NCBI GenBank assembly: GCA_964016885.1
Contig: OZ024748.1
Coordinates: 6,076,001 to 6,140,000 of the forward strand
DNA: 64,000 nt
Direction: 5' to 3'
Source: Eledone cirrhosa
Lineage: Eukaryota
Made by a program: the position numbers and the translations under genes. Positions 43,927 to 59,369 of the stretch are shown piece by piece. Every line of letters starts with the position of its first letter. Within the stretch, counting starts at the first letter, position 1. Under the pieces are notes generated by a model, which was not told the DNA's origin, made no database searches, and was given only the letters and a program-made list of their open reading frames with translations.

Positions 43927-44120
43927 AGGGCGGTGGATTTAGCAGTATCGGTAGAGGGCCGGACTTCATGCTTTGCAACATAGAGTTGCGGCCTTTTACG
44001 GCCTGAGTTCAAATCCCGCCGAGGTTAACTTTGCATTTCATCCTTACGAGGTCGATAAAATAAAGTACCAGTAATGCACTGGGATAATTGCTGGCCTTGT
44101 GCCAAAAGTAGAAACAATTA
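43927..44120 (+). mobile_element. SINE family A, near full length
   Basis: A/B boxes and family A core. Confidence 0.88.
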
Positions 44121-44213
44121 TTTATTCAACGTAATCCAACTTATTTTACAAACGGGATAAAAAAAAAAATATTCTGGACGCTGTCCCGCACTCCTTACTT
44201 TATTATAGTTTAG

Positions 44214-44322
44214 ATGACTTCAGGACCAGAAATGTTTCATTTGAATGGAAACATCATGACTTTCCAGACGATTTCTTACAAATGAAACAGTTCTAGTCCT
44301 GTAGAAGTCATTTCTATTATAA
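44214..44322. mobile_element. Diverged family D inverted pair with hammerhead-like motif (44256-44311, +)
   Basis: ATGACTTtC-CAGACGA-tttcttacaaat-GAAA-CAGttctagtcCTG-TA-GAAGTCAT. Confidence 0.65.
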
Positions 44323-45027
44323 GACGTATATATATATATATATATATATCAACATAGAATAAGTACGAAATAACCTCACATAGCAGCTCTCTTAAAGATT
44401 GCAGCACATAACTTGCACGTTACTAAGAAATGTGCATTATTTCGTTCATCAGAGTCCCTTGTAAATTTCATAAAATATTACATAACATGTTTTTGATTAA
44501 TATTAATATAATTATTTCCTGTCTGCAAGGAAAGAGATTAGAGTTACCACCCATGGAGGGATTATACTATTATTATATTTTAATTCAATTCAAGGCCAAC
44601 TCAGTACTGAGGAAATGATATATGTGTTGCTTAATAGAAACTAATTGACTCCAACAGGGATATGTATATAATATTTTAAAAGTGAGTACACTTTTGAATA
44701 TTCATATGGACACGAAATTTAACTATAAACATATAGACGTTCCGAGCTTGATTGAATTATTATACTTTATACGTACATATGAAATTACTTGCTTCATAAT
44801 TAAATGTTCTTTCTAAAGAACAATGGCAATGATTTTATAGCAAATTTAACGATCCCAAATATTATCGGGTTTAAAAACCCATTGTCAAGGGAGTAATTTG
44901 GGATCGTTAAATTTGCTAAGGTAAGATTCTTTTGTTACCTTGGCAATTTAAAAATCTTCATAACGCATTGAAAACTGAAAACTGAAAACTGTCTCGTTCA
45001 AGCAACCTATAAAACTCTGTTATAAAT

Positions 45028-45178
45028 AATTGTTTCTACTTTAGGCACAAGGCCAGCAATTATCTCAGTGTATTACTGGTACTTTATTTTATCGACCCCG
45101 TAAGGATGAAAGGCAAAGTTAACCTCGGCGGGATTTGAACTCAGAATGGCAAGGGCAGTAACTCTATGCGTCAAAGCA
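45028..45178 (-). mobile_element. SINE family A with apparent target-site duplication (actctgttataaataat)
   Basis: actctgttataaataat occurs at about 45014-45030 and 45178-45194. Confidence 0.85.
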
Positions 45179-45531
45179 CTCTGTTATAAATAATGTTGTT
45201 GATTACTGAGATGTACAACACGTTTAAAGATTATCAGAGTTTGCAAAATTATGGTGCGGAGATCTCTAGAAGATGGACGCCGATGGTTTTATTAAGAAGA
45301 AGGAGGAGACTCGTGGAGGAAGAGATTATAGCAAAGATATGGGGAGGAATGAGGGAATCCAAAAGACAGACAACAGAGATATAGAAATGTGAGATAGGGG
45401 TACAGGCATACACTGCGTATGTGTACTATTTGTATGCATATATATATATATATATAAAGCTTACTTATCCCACATAAACACACATACACACACATACACA
45501 CAAATACATACACACACTCACACACACACAC

Positions 45532-45566
<35 letters not shown>

Positions 45567-46172
45567 GAGAGAGAGAGAGAGAGGGAGAGAGAGAGAGAGA
45601 GGGGGGGGGGTGAGAGAGATGTGTAAATAAGACAATTTGCACATATAAATATTTTAGATATACATATACATACATACACATATATGTATATATATATATA
45701 TAAATGGAATAGAATGAAACGAAATTTCATTTCTCACTCTTAGTACGGCACTTACTTAAATGTAAGTATGTATGTATGTATGTATATATATATACATACT
45801 ACTGTACGTCTGTATACATATATGTATGGACGTATACATATATATATATATATTATAGTAACAGATAAAATTTAAGCAAAGAATGGCTGCTTTCACCCTC
45901 TTCGGATTTTAGTCTTCACATTTATTATTACTATATATATGTATATGTATATATATATATACATATATATATACACATATGTGTGTGTGAGATTGTGTGT
46001 GTGTAAAAGGCAAGAAAAAATTAAAAAAGAAAACACACCATACATACATACATACACATATACAAAATATTCCCCTTATATTATTTATAATTGTATATAG
46101 ATTATATATATAAGTATTAATATTATTATTACATATGTATGTATATATATATATTATTATTACATATGTATG

Positions 46173-46284
<112 letters not shown>

Positions 46285-46481
46285 CATATACATATACATA
46301 TATATATATATATATATATACATGTAAACATACATACAGACCTATATATATATATAACAAAGGAATTGCGGTAAGGAACCAGATGGACCATAACGCACCA
46401 GAGTACTCAATACTTAGGGTAGTAGAGTAGAAATAGCCGTCGAAACGGCTTGAGCTCTGCCGTGGGGGGTCATACTTCTTC

Positions 46482-46631
<150 letters not shown>

Positions 46632-46959
46632 TTGTGTGTGTGTGTGTGTGTGTGTGTGTAAAGAGTGAGGTGGGAAGAGAGACTGGGAGTGATAGCCATA
46701 CTATACAATACATGTGTGTGTACATCACATACAGTTTATTATCTTTCCTATCCGCAGCATATGTTTATAAGTTGAAGATAAAGAAGGTAGCAAAGTAGGC
46801 GGAGAATTAACTACCATGGGACTTCTCTAACTCTCTCTTGTTGTTGTTGTTGTTGTAGAGAAGGCTGTTGTTGTTGTTGAAGTTGTCGCTGCTGCTCTTG
46901 ACATGAATAACGACACCTTCAACAATAAATGGGCTGCTGCTGCTACTTCTGCTCTTGTT

Positions 46960-47200
46960 GTTGACGATGATGGTGATGATGAAGCTGATCATGATGATGA
47001 AGGTGATGATGATGGTGATGATGATGGTGATGATGATGAAGGTGATGATGATGATAATGACAAGAACGATGACGATTATGATGATAATGATATTGGTGAG
47101 GATGATGGTGATGACAACAACGTAGACATGATGATAAAGGTGATGATGATGATGAGATGATGATGATGATGATGAGATGAGATGATGATGATGATGATTA
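46960..47200. repeat. Degenerate (GAT)n-rich tract
   Basis: Direct reading. Confidence 0.9.
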
Positions 47201-47343
47201 TGTCATGCCAGATAAAAGACCTGTAAGTTTCATATATTATTGTTTCTTTAACACACATTAAGAATTCATAACACAGACTTATATATATGTATATGGATGT
47301 ATGTGTATATATACATATATAATGTGTATATATATATGTAATG

Positions 47344-47374
<31 letters not shown>

Positions 47375-47444
47375 AATATTAAGGAGACTATTTATAGCTA
47401 TGTATATAGTATACTATAAACAACTATAAAGAGGTAAGGTCAGT

Positions 47445-47556
<112 letters not shown>

Positions 47557-47594
47557 CATAATTTTATATATATATATATATATATGCATAATTT

Positions 47595-47668
<74 letters not shown>

Positions 47669-47841
47669 TATTATATATATATAAATCTATTTAATTATAT
47701 ATACATGTATCTTTAACTCCATGCCCATACATATATACATAAATATATATATATATGCATATATATCTATTTCCCTATCTATATATAGATATGGAGATAT
47801 ATAAATATGTGTGTGTGTGTGTAGGTATAAACATGTATATA

Positions 47842-47927
<86 letters not shown>

Positions 47928-48205
47928 CATGTATATATACATATATACATATATACATACATATATACATGTATATATATATACATGTGAGAATGAACGT
48001 GTGAATGTTCCTGTGATTTCTGTGTGTAGTTGTATATAGCTGCAGTTTCGCTGTCATTGTTTAATTATGTCCCTTGAACTGTAAATTAAACAGTGTAGTG
48101 CAATGTTGAGTTTGTCGATATGACAATTATGCTGAACACCAAAAAATAATTCCCACGCTTATTATAACAATACAAAAATATATACACAAACATTTGTACA
48201 TACAT

Positions 48206-48268
<63 letters not shown>

Positions 48269-48350
48269 AAAATGTTTAAACCCGAGGGCAGAGCTCAAGC
48301 CGTTTTGACGTTATGGTCCATCCAGGAACCTTACCCCACCTCCTTCGGTG

Positions 48351-48436
<86 letters not shown>

Positions 48437-48651
48437 CATATGTGATTCTCTCTGTGAGTTTGCGAGTATCAATGTGATTGTGTCTGATTATATGACAAGA
48501 GCAATCAGATCTTAATTGTTTTCTACAATCATCTATTAAAAAGAAATTATTCATCCAATGCATAATTGTCATTTATTAGGGAAACACGTGTAAAATTAAT
48601 AAATGATTTCTCTCAGATCTAACTTTTAATATAAACTTCACACCCACACAC

Positions 48652-48691
<40 letters not shown>

Positions 48692-48809
48692 GAAAACATA
48701 CATACAGACCTATATTTAGAGTATATATATATACATATATAAATATGTATATATATATAAATATATAAATACATATATGTAAATATATATAAATACATAT
48801 ACATATTAA

Positions 48810-48876
<67 letters not shown>

Positions 48877-49302
48877 TATATATATATACATATATAAATA
48901 CGTATATGTATTTATATATATGTACACATATGTATATATTCACACACACACACACACATATACATATATATATATATTATATATATATATATTGTGCGTG
49001 TGTGTGTGTGTGTAATCGATATACACGTTTATGTTATCTTTTCATCGGAGACACTACTTGAAATTTGATCTATAAGGGACATAACTATGTTCAGCTATCT
49101 ATTTAATTTCGTTCCATATAAGCTGAAGCGTGAAGCCTTGTAGCTTAATGGTTAGTGTATTCGGATCAGGATCATAGGGCTGAATAGTCTCTCTACTGAT
49201 AGGTAGAGAGATAGGTAGAGAATTTATATGTGAGGGAGACTATTCATCGACATATACACAAACGACCAAGCACACATATATACATATATATACATATATA
49301 TA

Positions 49303-49910
49303 TGGTGGCTGCCAACTCGTTTTCGAGTACGGCCACTACTTTATATCCATGTAGGAGAACCCCTACCGATGGACTGAACGAGTGTGACTTTTTAGTTCAG
49401 CCAGCGACTTGAAAACTCTGGTACAAACACTACACTTGTGACAATTATTGACACGTAGTGCTGAGCCCATGGTACCATGTGACGACAAGTGCAGAGAGAT
49501 CTCCAGATATAAAGCAATGCCTGTGCCCTGAACTTTTATAGTGAGCAAAGGCACTGCACAAAGCCAGTCCCACTCCCTTTACCAAGATGATATTTACCAA
49601 AAAGAAGAACAAGTCAACATCATTGGATACCATCAGGGTTGCAGGTGTTATATCAGACTTTTCCTTCTCCTAGAATTCTGCCCTGACAAAGGCTAAGGGG
49701 TCATCTCTCTGGGTGATTTTCGATGGTCATTGACTCTTAAGAGCTATATTGCCCTTTGACAGGTTTTGTTTTTAGTCCTGCAGGATGTCCAAAGTCACCC
49801 TCCTCACCAAGAAACTTGGTGGGGTTGCCAGTTTAGTCGCCAACGACCCGACCATAGGACAGGTTGCACTGGAATACATGTTACCAGTAGCACCAACTGG
49901 TGACCTGACA
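49303..49910 (-). mobile_element. Internally deleted (bipartite) RTE-derived element
   Basis: The 5' part has the RTE 5'-UTR-like motif tagcctttgtcagggcagaattctaggagaaggaaaagtctga. The 3' part encodes the C2H2 finger CSVCTRVFKSLAELKSHTRSVH-R-stop, followed by a short UTR ending in (TA)n. Confidence 0.65.
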
Positions 49911-50312
49911 TAAATACATACATACAATCATACATACATACATACATACATACATACATACATACATACATACATACATACATACATACATACATACAAT
50001 TCTTCCTATTTTCTCTCCACAAAATAATTACCATGAAATGCAGCCCCAGTGGCAACACAGTGGTTGTTCCACATGACTTCACACAATAGTTAAGCATGGT
50101 TCCAACCCCCGCTGATGCTAAAGTCAGTAGAGCATCCATTGCCTTGGATTCATGGGAAGAACTGTAATATATTCCAGCTGATAGGTCAATGTTGAGCATG
50201 CGCAGAATGTCCGCCCGTTCAGTAAAATCTTTCAATAACTGTTGCGGTTTATTTAGCCGTTTTCTTTTCTATATTAATTCCCACCCACGTCACTCAATAT
50301 TTTCTATCTCTC

Positions 50313-50449
<137 letters not shown>

Positions 50450-50523
50450 ATATGAATACATGCATGTAAATATGTATGCAATTATATATATATATATTCA
50501 TATATATACATATATACATACAG

Positions 50524-50592
<69 letters not shown>

Positions 50593-50724
50593 CATATAGG
50601 TATATATAGAGAGGTATTGGTTGGAGTGTCAGGCGGTGGAAAGGAATTTTGGGGACAAGGGTAATCCCCGTAATGGAAACAGAAATCGCATGAGAATATT
50701 AATGATACCGATAAATAGTTATGC

Positions 50725-50798
<74 letters not shown>

Positions 50799-51287
50799 TT
50801 TCTGAATTATTGGCAACATGACCCTCCCAAAGTATAACAATATATATATATATATGTATGTATGTATGTATGCATAACTATTTATCGGTATCATTAATAT
50901 TCTCATGCGATTTATATATATATATATATACGCAGGCTCACATACTTATATACGAGTGTATGTAAGTATTTATGTAATTCTTAGTTTCTACCCACAGCGG
51001 CGTCTCTTTCACTTTTTGTGTCGCAGATTGTGCAGTTTTATAATACATGCTTAGAGTAGTATTTCTTTAGATGAATCAATTCGTTTATTATAAGAAAATA
51101 AATAAATAGAAATAATTGAATGTCGCTATTAATTTATAATCTACAAAGAATTGAAAGTGAACCGAGGCGAATTAAACGTAGACAGGGAAAGTAATAAGAA
51201 ATGAAAATATATATATTCAAAGTACAAATAGTCCCCTAAAATAGGAACCCACCCGCTGATGTTGGATATTTCAATTTAAATTGAGAA

Positions 51288-51328
<41 letters not shown>

Positions 51329-51445
51329 TTGCAAGGTTTTTGCTATGAAGTCGTGTGTTGAAATAGATATTTGGGGAGGGTCATGTTATAGTATTGCTAG
51401 AAAAATATATAGTAAAACACACACATACCAAACACTGAATTATAG

Positions 51446-51862
<417 letters not shown>

Positions 51863-52234
51863 TGTATGTATGTATGTATGTATGTATGTATCAGTGATAC
51901 GTAACAACATGCGTTGATATAAGCTACCATTTCATGAACGGTAATCAAGCCGTCTACGCATGATCAGTTAAGAGTTATCTCCCATGAACCGATCACTATA
52001 GCTGACATACAGATATATTTTCAACACGATATAACAGTCATGATAAAATGTTAATTAATATTTGATCGTCGTTTCGCCACCCTTTGGTGATGTTTATGCA
52101 TATATATATGATAAATATTCGGGGCCCGATGTCTAAGCTCTTGACGTCGAGCCCCGTTTTTTGTTATAATATAGCCATATTCTACTACACCAAGTATCAA
52201 GTACTCTATTGAGTAATGGTCTAACTAGTTTAAA

Positions 52235-52309
<75 letters not shown>

Positions 52310-52413
52310 TTATAAATTTTCGGCTCTGTTGGATAACATTGAGCTATATCCTATACTGTCATCTCTCTAATACGACGAGTGCGTTTAACTCCAATGCACT
52401 CTAGTACTTTAAT

Positions 52414-52485
<72 letters not shown>

Positions 52486-53211
52486 CACGTATAAATACAT
52501 ATACATCCATACTCATTTGCTTGCGAACATACGCATACATATATGTATATACACGTACACATATATTTATAAGAGGAATTTGGCGAAATTTATTTTAGTT
52601 TCTATATTTCTTTCTCGCCGTTCACTTTTCTCGCTGGGTTCTCTCTTATATTACAGTGTATATTATTTAAGATATAATTGATTTATTATCAGTCAAGAAT
52701 GTCGATCGATCGGGTGATCGAACAATATTTTGATTATTTATTTCATTGCTATTTTTGGTAAGTAATTTATTAATACAATAAACAACGAAGTGGCTCGCTG
52801 GCTGGTAAGGAAACTTGTTGGCAGGCTCGCTACCAGACAGGCTCGCTAGCTGGCTCGCTGATATTATTTGTTATCCCTGTATCTGTATTGTTGCCTACTA
52901 TCTGGCTGGTTGTAGGTATTAGTTAGTACTAAACTGTAAGTTATATTTGCTTTCTAAGGATTTAAACTATAAATCGGAATTTACAATGTTCGTCACAAGT
53001 ATGGAAATACACTCTTGACAGGTGCAATGTGTCCGAACACAGAAAAACCGAGTTCCCACTGTCCTCACCCCCATCTCTCTAGCCCTTCCCCATCTCTCTG
53101 TATAGTGAGGTACTAAACTTGTAGTGTAAACAGTTAATGTGGTGTAGTAAATAAATATATACATATACACCAGGTCTGAACACAATAGAACCAAACTGCC
53201 ACTGTCACTGC

Positions 53212-53612
53212 CTCTGTCTCACCCGCTCTCCATACCTGTTACTATTATGATCAAATTAGGGCCGACAAACTGGTCGCCCTGCGACCCCGGCGGACAGAAT
53301 AGAGAAGGTGACTCCGTCTCACCCGCTCTCCACAACTGTTACTATTATGATCAAATTAGGGCCGACAAGCTGGTCGCCCTGCGGCCCCGGCGGACAGAAT
53401 AGAGAAGGTGACTCCGTCTCACCCGCTCTCCACAACTGTTACTATTATGATCAAATTAGGGCCGACAAGCTGGTCGCCCTGCAACCCCGGCGGACAGAAT
53501 AGAGAAGGTGACTCCGTCTCACCCGCTCTCCACATCTGTTACTGTTATGAGCAAATGGGGGCTGACTAGCTAGTCGCCCTGTGGCCCTGGCGGATAGAAT
53601 AGAGAAGGTGTT
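53212..53612. repeat. GC-rich tandem repeat, exact 100-bp period, 4 copies
   Basis: acccgctctc occurs at 53221, 53321, 53421 and 53521. The left flank resembles 56240-56340. Confidence 0.95.
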
Positions 53613-54553
53613 ACCCACGGAGGACGGTGAGGGAGATGCGCTGAAAGAGACATTCAAGCTCGCAAGGCTGACTCCTGAGGGTACAAATCTGTGTCGATGC
53701 TGGTGAACAGGGAGGTTGTATGCCTACTGTCTCAGTGTGGCTCTCTCTCTCTCTGTCTCTCTCTATTTGCCTCTCTGTCTGTCTCTTTCTATCTGCCTCT
53801 CTGTCTGTCTCTCAGTCTTTCTCTCAGTCTGTCTCCCTGTCTGTCTATATGGCTGACTGTCCGGTCGGATGGCTGGCAGGCTGGCTGGTTCCAGTATTTG
53901 CAGTGATGTGACTGCTGCTGATGTTGCTGAGCAGCATGCTATCGATTGGACTGAACCCAGGTCAGTTGGGGTGTAAGGGAGATAATCAAAAGTTGTTAAT
54001 CACGAATGATGTGTTTAGTAAAAATGTTAAAATCGAATCCTGTCAGGATTAACAAAGTGATGACTACATTCCACCCCACCCAACTCTATTATTGATTTGT
54101 ATGTGCTGTGTGTGCATGTGTGTAAGTATACAAATATATATACACAGAGAGAGAGAAAGAGAGAGGGAGAGAGAGAGGGGGAGAGGGAGAGAGAAGGAAA
54201 GAGAGAGGGAGAGAGGGAGAGAGAGTGAAAGAGAGAGAAAGAGAGAGAGAGACAGAAAGAGAGAGAGAGAGAGATGTTCTTTGCAAAGTGGTTTAACTTA
54301 TACTAGAAGACAAACAATCTGTGTAATAATAACTACAGAGTACTTTCCTTAAATATAGATTACTTGGTTGAACAATGCCTTAACGGGTCTTAACTGGCAA
54401 CAGCTCATACATACACATACAGACACACAGATAGACACACATGCACACACACACAAACACATATAATAAATAAACATAGATTTTCTACTATTTTGTATTA
54501 AGTACTCATTTCAAACGTATCGCCCTTACTTTTTATAGTAATACCCCCCCCCC

Positions 54554-54607
<54 letters not shown>

Positions 54608-54639
54608 AAGCAAATTATAAACATAAACAAGTAAGTATG

Positions 54640-54914
54640 TTTTTGAAAGGGTGCGCGAGTTTGAAATTAGAAATTAGAAATTATAAGCTTTCACCGTATT
54701 TTAGACTAAAGAAATTTCTAGCCTGATAGTGGGGTTTATAATCCTCGGAGAAATGGAAAAAGATGAGTGTTGCCGTACATGGGACAGCAACACTCATCTT
54801 TTTCCATTTCTCCGAGGGTTAGAAATTTCATTAGTCTAAAATACGGTGAAAGCTTATATAGCCTGATAGTGGGGTTAAGAACCCTCGGAGAAATGGAAAA
54901 AGATGAGTATTGAC

Positions 54915-54956
<42 letters not shown>

Positions 54957-55101
54957 GTCAATACTCATCTTTTTCCATTTCTCCGAGGGTTCTTAACCCC
55001 ACTATCAGGCTAAATAATTTCTTTAATTTCTTTAGTCAAAATACGGCGATAGCTAACATTTCTAATAATTTCAAATCCACTCGCTGTTTCGAAAATATTC
55101 T

Positions 55102-55105
<4 letters not shown>
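54640..55105. repeat. Nested palindromic element centred partly on a (TA)n tract
   Basis: Four alternating-orientation copies of cctcggagaaatggaaaaagatgagt. 54858-54920 and 54951-55012 are perfect reverse complements around (TA)n. Confidence 0.88.
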
Positions 55106-55160
<55 letters not shown>

Positions 55161-56003
55161 GGACGAGAGTTCGTGTCTGTGTGAGGGTTTTGGTAATGTT
55201 TGCTTTATTTTTTATGTAGAAAATCGTCGTCACAGTCAAGTTCGTTACAAAGAAAAGAGAATTTTCCATAATAAGTGATTAAAATATAAATCTTCTCTCT
55301 TATTTCATTGTTTAGAGTACTTAATTTTATAGGTCTTTCCTTTATGTTCCCTTATAGATTCCTTTGGGAAGGGAAAGAGCCATATCTAAAATATATAATC
55401 GCCCCTGAACTCCATAACCGCTTTCTTCAATGTTCTCATTGAGATGAAAGGCAAACATCGACTTCATTGCCCATTCTAACAGCACCACCTGGTGGTTTTT
55501 AGGGGATATTTTCAGTTGGTTTTATACCAATGTAATCAACAAGTTCAGACTTTCCATTTCCGTCCTATCAAGGGTAAAGCAACTATGGCGCCTAGTCTAA
55601 ATACTCACATCTTTTCGGGGCATGGTCTCTTGCGGAATTCGATCTTCTGCAAGTATTCAACCCAAATCTCATGTTTCTAAACTTTCAATAATGGGAGACG
55701 TAATATGGTGCCTTGTCTCACATTGCCTTCTTATGGCAATGTAGAAATGATTATTTCTATGATTGAGATGGTGTTGGTGTATGTATGTGTATACACATGT
55801 GTGTATATATATATTGACTTGGTAAGCTATTTAGAAAACTGGTTTAACCGCTTTACTTCCCTCCGAAGAAGAGATATTATCTCGAAAATTAAGGACATTT
55901 AAATAAATCTAAGGTAAAAGACTAATTATCAACAATATCTTTTGCATTTGCATTCTTTATTCTATGTCCATACCTGCATCGTTTTGGCTTTACAAATTCA
56001 AAC

Positions 56004-56114
<111 letters not shown>

Positions 56115-56117
56115 CAC

Positions 56118-56184
<67 letters not shown>

Positions 56185-56915
56185 TATATGTCTATATATG
56201 TATGTATATGTGGTCTGGTAAATAAATATATACATATGCATCAGGTCCGAACACAATGGAACCAAAACTCCCACTGACACTGCCTCCGTCTTTCCCGCTC
56301 TCCCCATCTCTCATTATTATAAGTAAATATGGGGCCCAGAGAAAAGAATATAAAATACAAAAATACCATAGGCTAGACAACAAACAAAAGTTGCTATTTA
56401 GTTTTACTTTAATGACGGTTTAGAGATCCACCATGAATAATGATATTTTGGATAGAAATCTTGACACTTCAGTGAATCCTTATTAAAATTATTTTAAAGG
56501 GACATAACAACTTTAAGATGTTAACACTTTAAATGTCCGCCATTATAATTCTTACACTGCAGTGTCCTTTGTTGTTATTAACACCTTCTGCCTTCCCTTT
56601 CATTATCTCTAACATCCTGTCATAATCCATTCATGTTTTTGTGTTGTTTGATGTTTCTCGTTACGGTTGCTACATTCATGTATGTTTATCATTTCTTAAA
56701 GAATGGGCGGCACCATCTTGTTTCAAAGATGAACGCATTTTACGAAAACAAAGCCTTTTGGACTAGACATTGCAGGAAATATTGCGTTCTGCCGTTTGTT
56801 ATTGGTAAATAAATGTTAAAGTACAAACAGCTAGCTACTTCCTATCTTTTCTTATTTCACAACCATTTCTAGTTCTTTCAATAGAACACACCATGACATA
56901 CCTCAATATTCATAC

Positions 56916-57174
56916 AGTGGGGTGGTGGTAGGGGCACCTATGACGGCTGTAGCAATTTATTTGTGCCCTCAGCTGAGTTTTTTAATATTAGGTTGATTAG
57001 AATTTTTTAATTTAATACCTATATGTATAACTTTTTTATTCCAATTACTTGCGCCAAGCTAACATTGATATGTAAAATTAGGTGGTTTGTTGTGTATTCA
57101 ATTGTGTGTGTGTGTGTGAGGGGGCCCTCAAACGGAAGTGGCTCGGGCCCTCCAAGGGCTAAATCGAACCCTGG
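56916..57174. mobile_element. Possible hAT-like MITE relic
   Basis: It begins cagtggggt and ends gggccctccaagggctaaatcgaaccctg, with gggccc subterminal motifs. Confidence 0.35.
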
Positions 57175-57187
57175 TCAAATCTACTAA

Positions 57188-57373
57188 TAATTATTTCTAC
57201 TTTTGGCACAAGGCCGACAATTATCCCAGTGCATTACTGGTACTTTATTTTATCGACCTTGTAAGGATGAAAGACAAAGTTAACCTCGGCGGGATTTGAA
57301 CTCAGACCATAAAGGGCCGTAACTCTTTGCTGCAAAGCATGGCGTCTGACCCTCTACCGATACTGCCAATCCA
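57188..57373 (-). mobile_element. SINE family A with target-site duplication (caaatctactaataat)
   Basis: caaatctactaataat flanks both ends (about 57176 and 57374). Confidence 0.88.
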
Positions 57374-57804
57374 CAAATCTACTAATAATACCTTAACGTT
57401 TGAAGAAAAGCAGGAGAGGCTGAATCATGTATATAGATGTAATTAAGATGTCATGCTCACGATAGAAACGTTTGGGATCACAGGTTTGTTTGATCGCATC
57501 GGACCGAGGGTTAAACAAAAACAACAAAAACTAAATCTACAGCAACAGCAACAATATATAGCAAAGCACCATTACTACAACTACGATCCATAATCAGCCA
57601 ACCACTACCAATCACAACAACACCACCACACTAACAACCAACCAGCAACAGCTTGAGATATCCTATCACTACTAACAACCAGCACAATCACTACTCTAAT
57701 ACATTATAAACCACCGCCACCATAACCACCAATAACAACAAGAGGCAACGAACCGCCAGCCAACCAACCAACACTATAATACAGGTTTAAATAAACATAA
57801 GCAA

Positions 57805-58047
57805 CGGAAGCAGGGAGTGAGAGAGAGAGGCGGGGAGTGAGTGAGAGAGGCAGGGAGTGAGAGAGAGAGGCGGGGGTGAGTGAGAGAGGCAGGGAGTGAG
57901 AGAGAGGCGGGGGTGAGTGAGAGAGGCAGGGAGTGAGAGAGAGAGAGGCAGGGAGGTATGTAATAATATAGAGAGAAATGGTGGGAGGTAGAGGTTGGTA
58001 GCTAGACATAAATACATAGAATATAGGTACATACACACTCACAGACT

Positions 58048-58121
<74 letters not shown>

Positions 58122-58420
58122 CACACACATAGAGAGACCTACAAACTTGCACAGTGTGAAGTACTGACACACACACACAGACACACACACACAGACATAC
58201 ACACTTGCACAGTGTGAATTACTGGCACACACACACAGACATACACACTTGCACAGTGTGAAGTACTGACACACACACAGACAGAAAGACATACACACTT
58301 GCATAGACTGAAGTACAGACACACACACACACAGACATACACACACACTTACACAGACTGAAGTACAGACGCACACACACACTTACACACACTTACACAC
58401 ACACTTACACACACACTTAC
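57805..58420. repeat. Compound GA-rich and CA-rich minisatellites
   Basis: gagagaggcagggagtga units, then acacttgcacagtgtgaagtactgacacacac units. Confidence 0.85.
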
Positions 58421-59001
58421 ACATACGTATATATTTATGGAAAAAAGAGAGAATAGTGTGGAAGTAGTCAAGCGTAACAAAGAAAGGATATATATATATA
58501 TATATAGGAAAAAGTATGACCCGACGGCAGAGCTCAAGCTGAATCGACGGCTATATATATATATATGTGTGTGCGTGTGTGTGTGTCTGTCTGTGTTTGT
58601 CTGTCTGTGTCTGTGTGTGCGTGTGCGTGTCTGTGTCTGTGTCTGTGTGTTGGTATGAGTGTGTCTGTATGTGTGTGCCTGCGTCTGTGTAACTGTGTGT
58701 CTGGGTGTGTCTCACTGTGTATGAGTGTGTGTGTGTGTGTGTGTGTGTTCGCGCGCGTGTGTGCGGGGAGAGAGTGAGAGGGATATACAAGAAATCAAAT
58801 GAAAGAGGCAGTGAGGGGGAACAGATTGTGCTACTGTTTGTCAACATACAGGGAATACTGTTGGGGGGGGGGGATAAGGGACACACACACACACACATAC
58901 ATACATACATATATTTATATATACATACACATTTCTATATATGTATATGTATACATATATACTTACACAAGCAAATATAAACATTTACATATAAATAGAT
59001 T

Positions 59002-59077
<76 letters not shown>

Positions 59078-59334
59078 TGTATGTATATGTATATGTGTTG
59101 CACACACAAGGAACCAGGGGGCGGTGCTGACGGTGAAAGACAGCGCCTGACAGTCCAGCTCTGACAGAAGGGTCGTGGTTATTTACGAGTTTTCTTTGCC
59201 TTTAGCTTACACTCCCATCTCAGACTTTTTTAAATTACACACACACACACTCACACACACACACAGATATAGATGTATATATATGCATGTGTGTGTGTTT
59301 GAGTGTCTGTTTATATAAACACACATATACATAC

Positions 59335-59369
<35 letters not shown>

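Noticed and set aside
46807-47258. Asp-rich or His/Gln-rich frames as a possible Antp exon 1
   Set aside because: They are degenerate trinucleotide repeats. There is no YPWM hexapeptide and no SSYF-type N-terminus, and stops interrupt the His/Gln frame.
53340-53430. HDV-like ribozyme in the 100-bp repeat unit
   Set aside because: P1- and P4-like pairings exist, but the L3 loop would be only 3 nt and the pairing is not kept across units.
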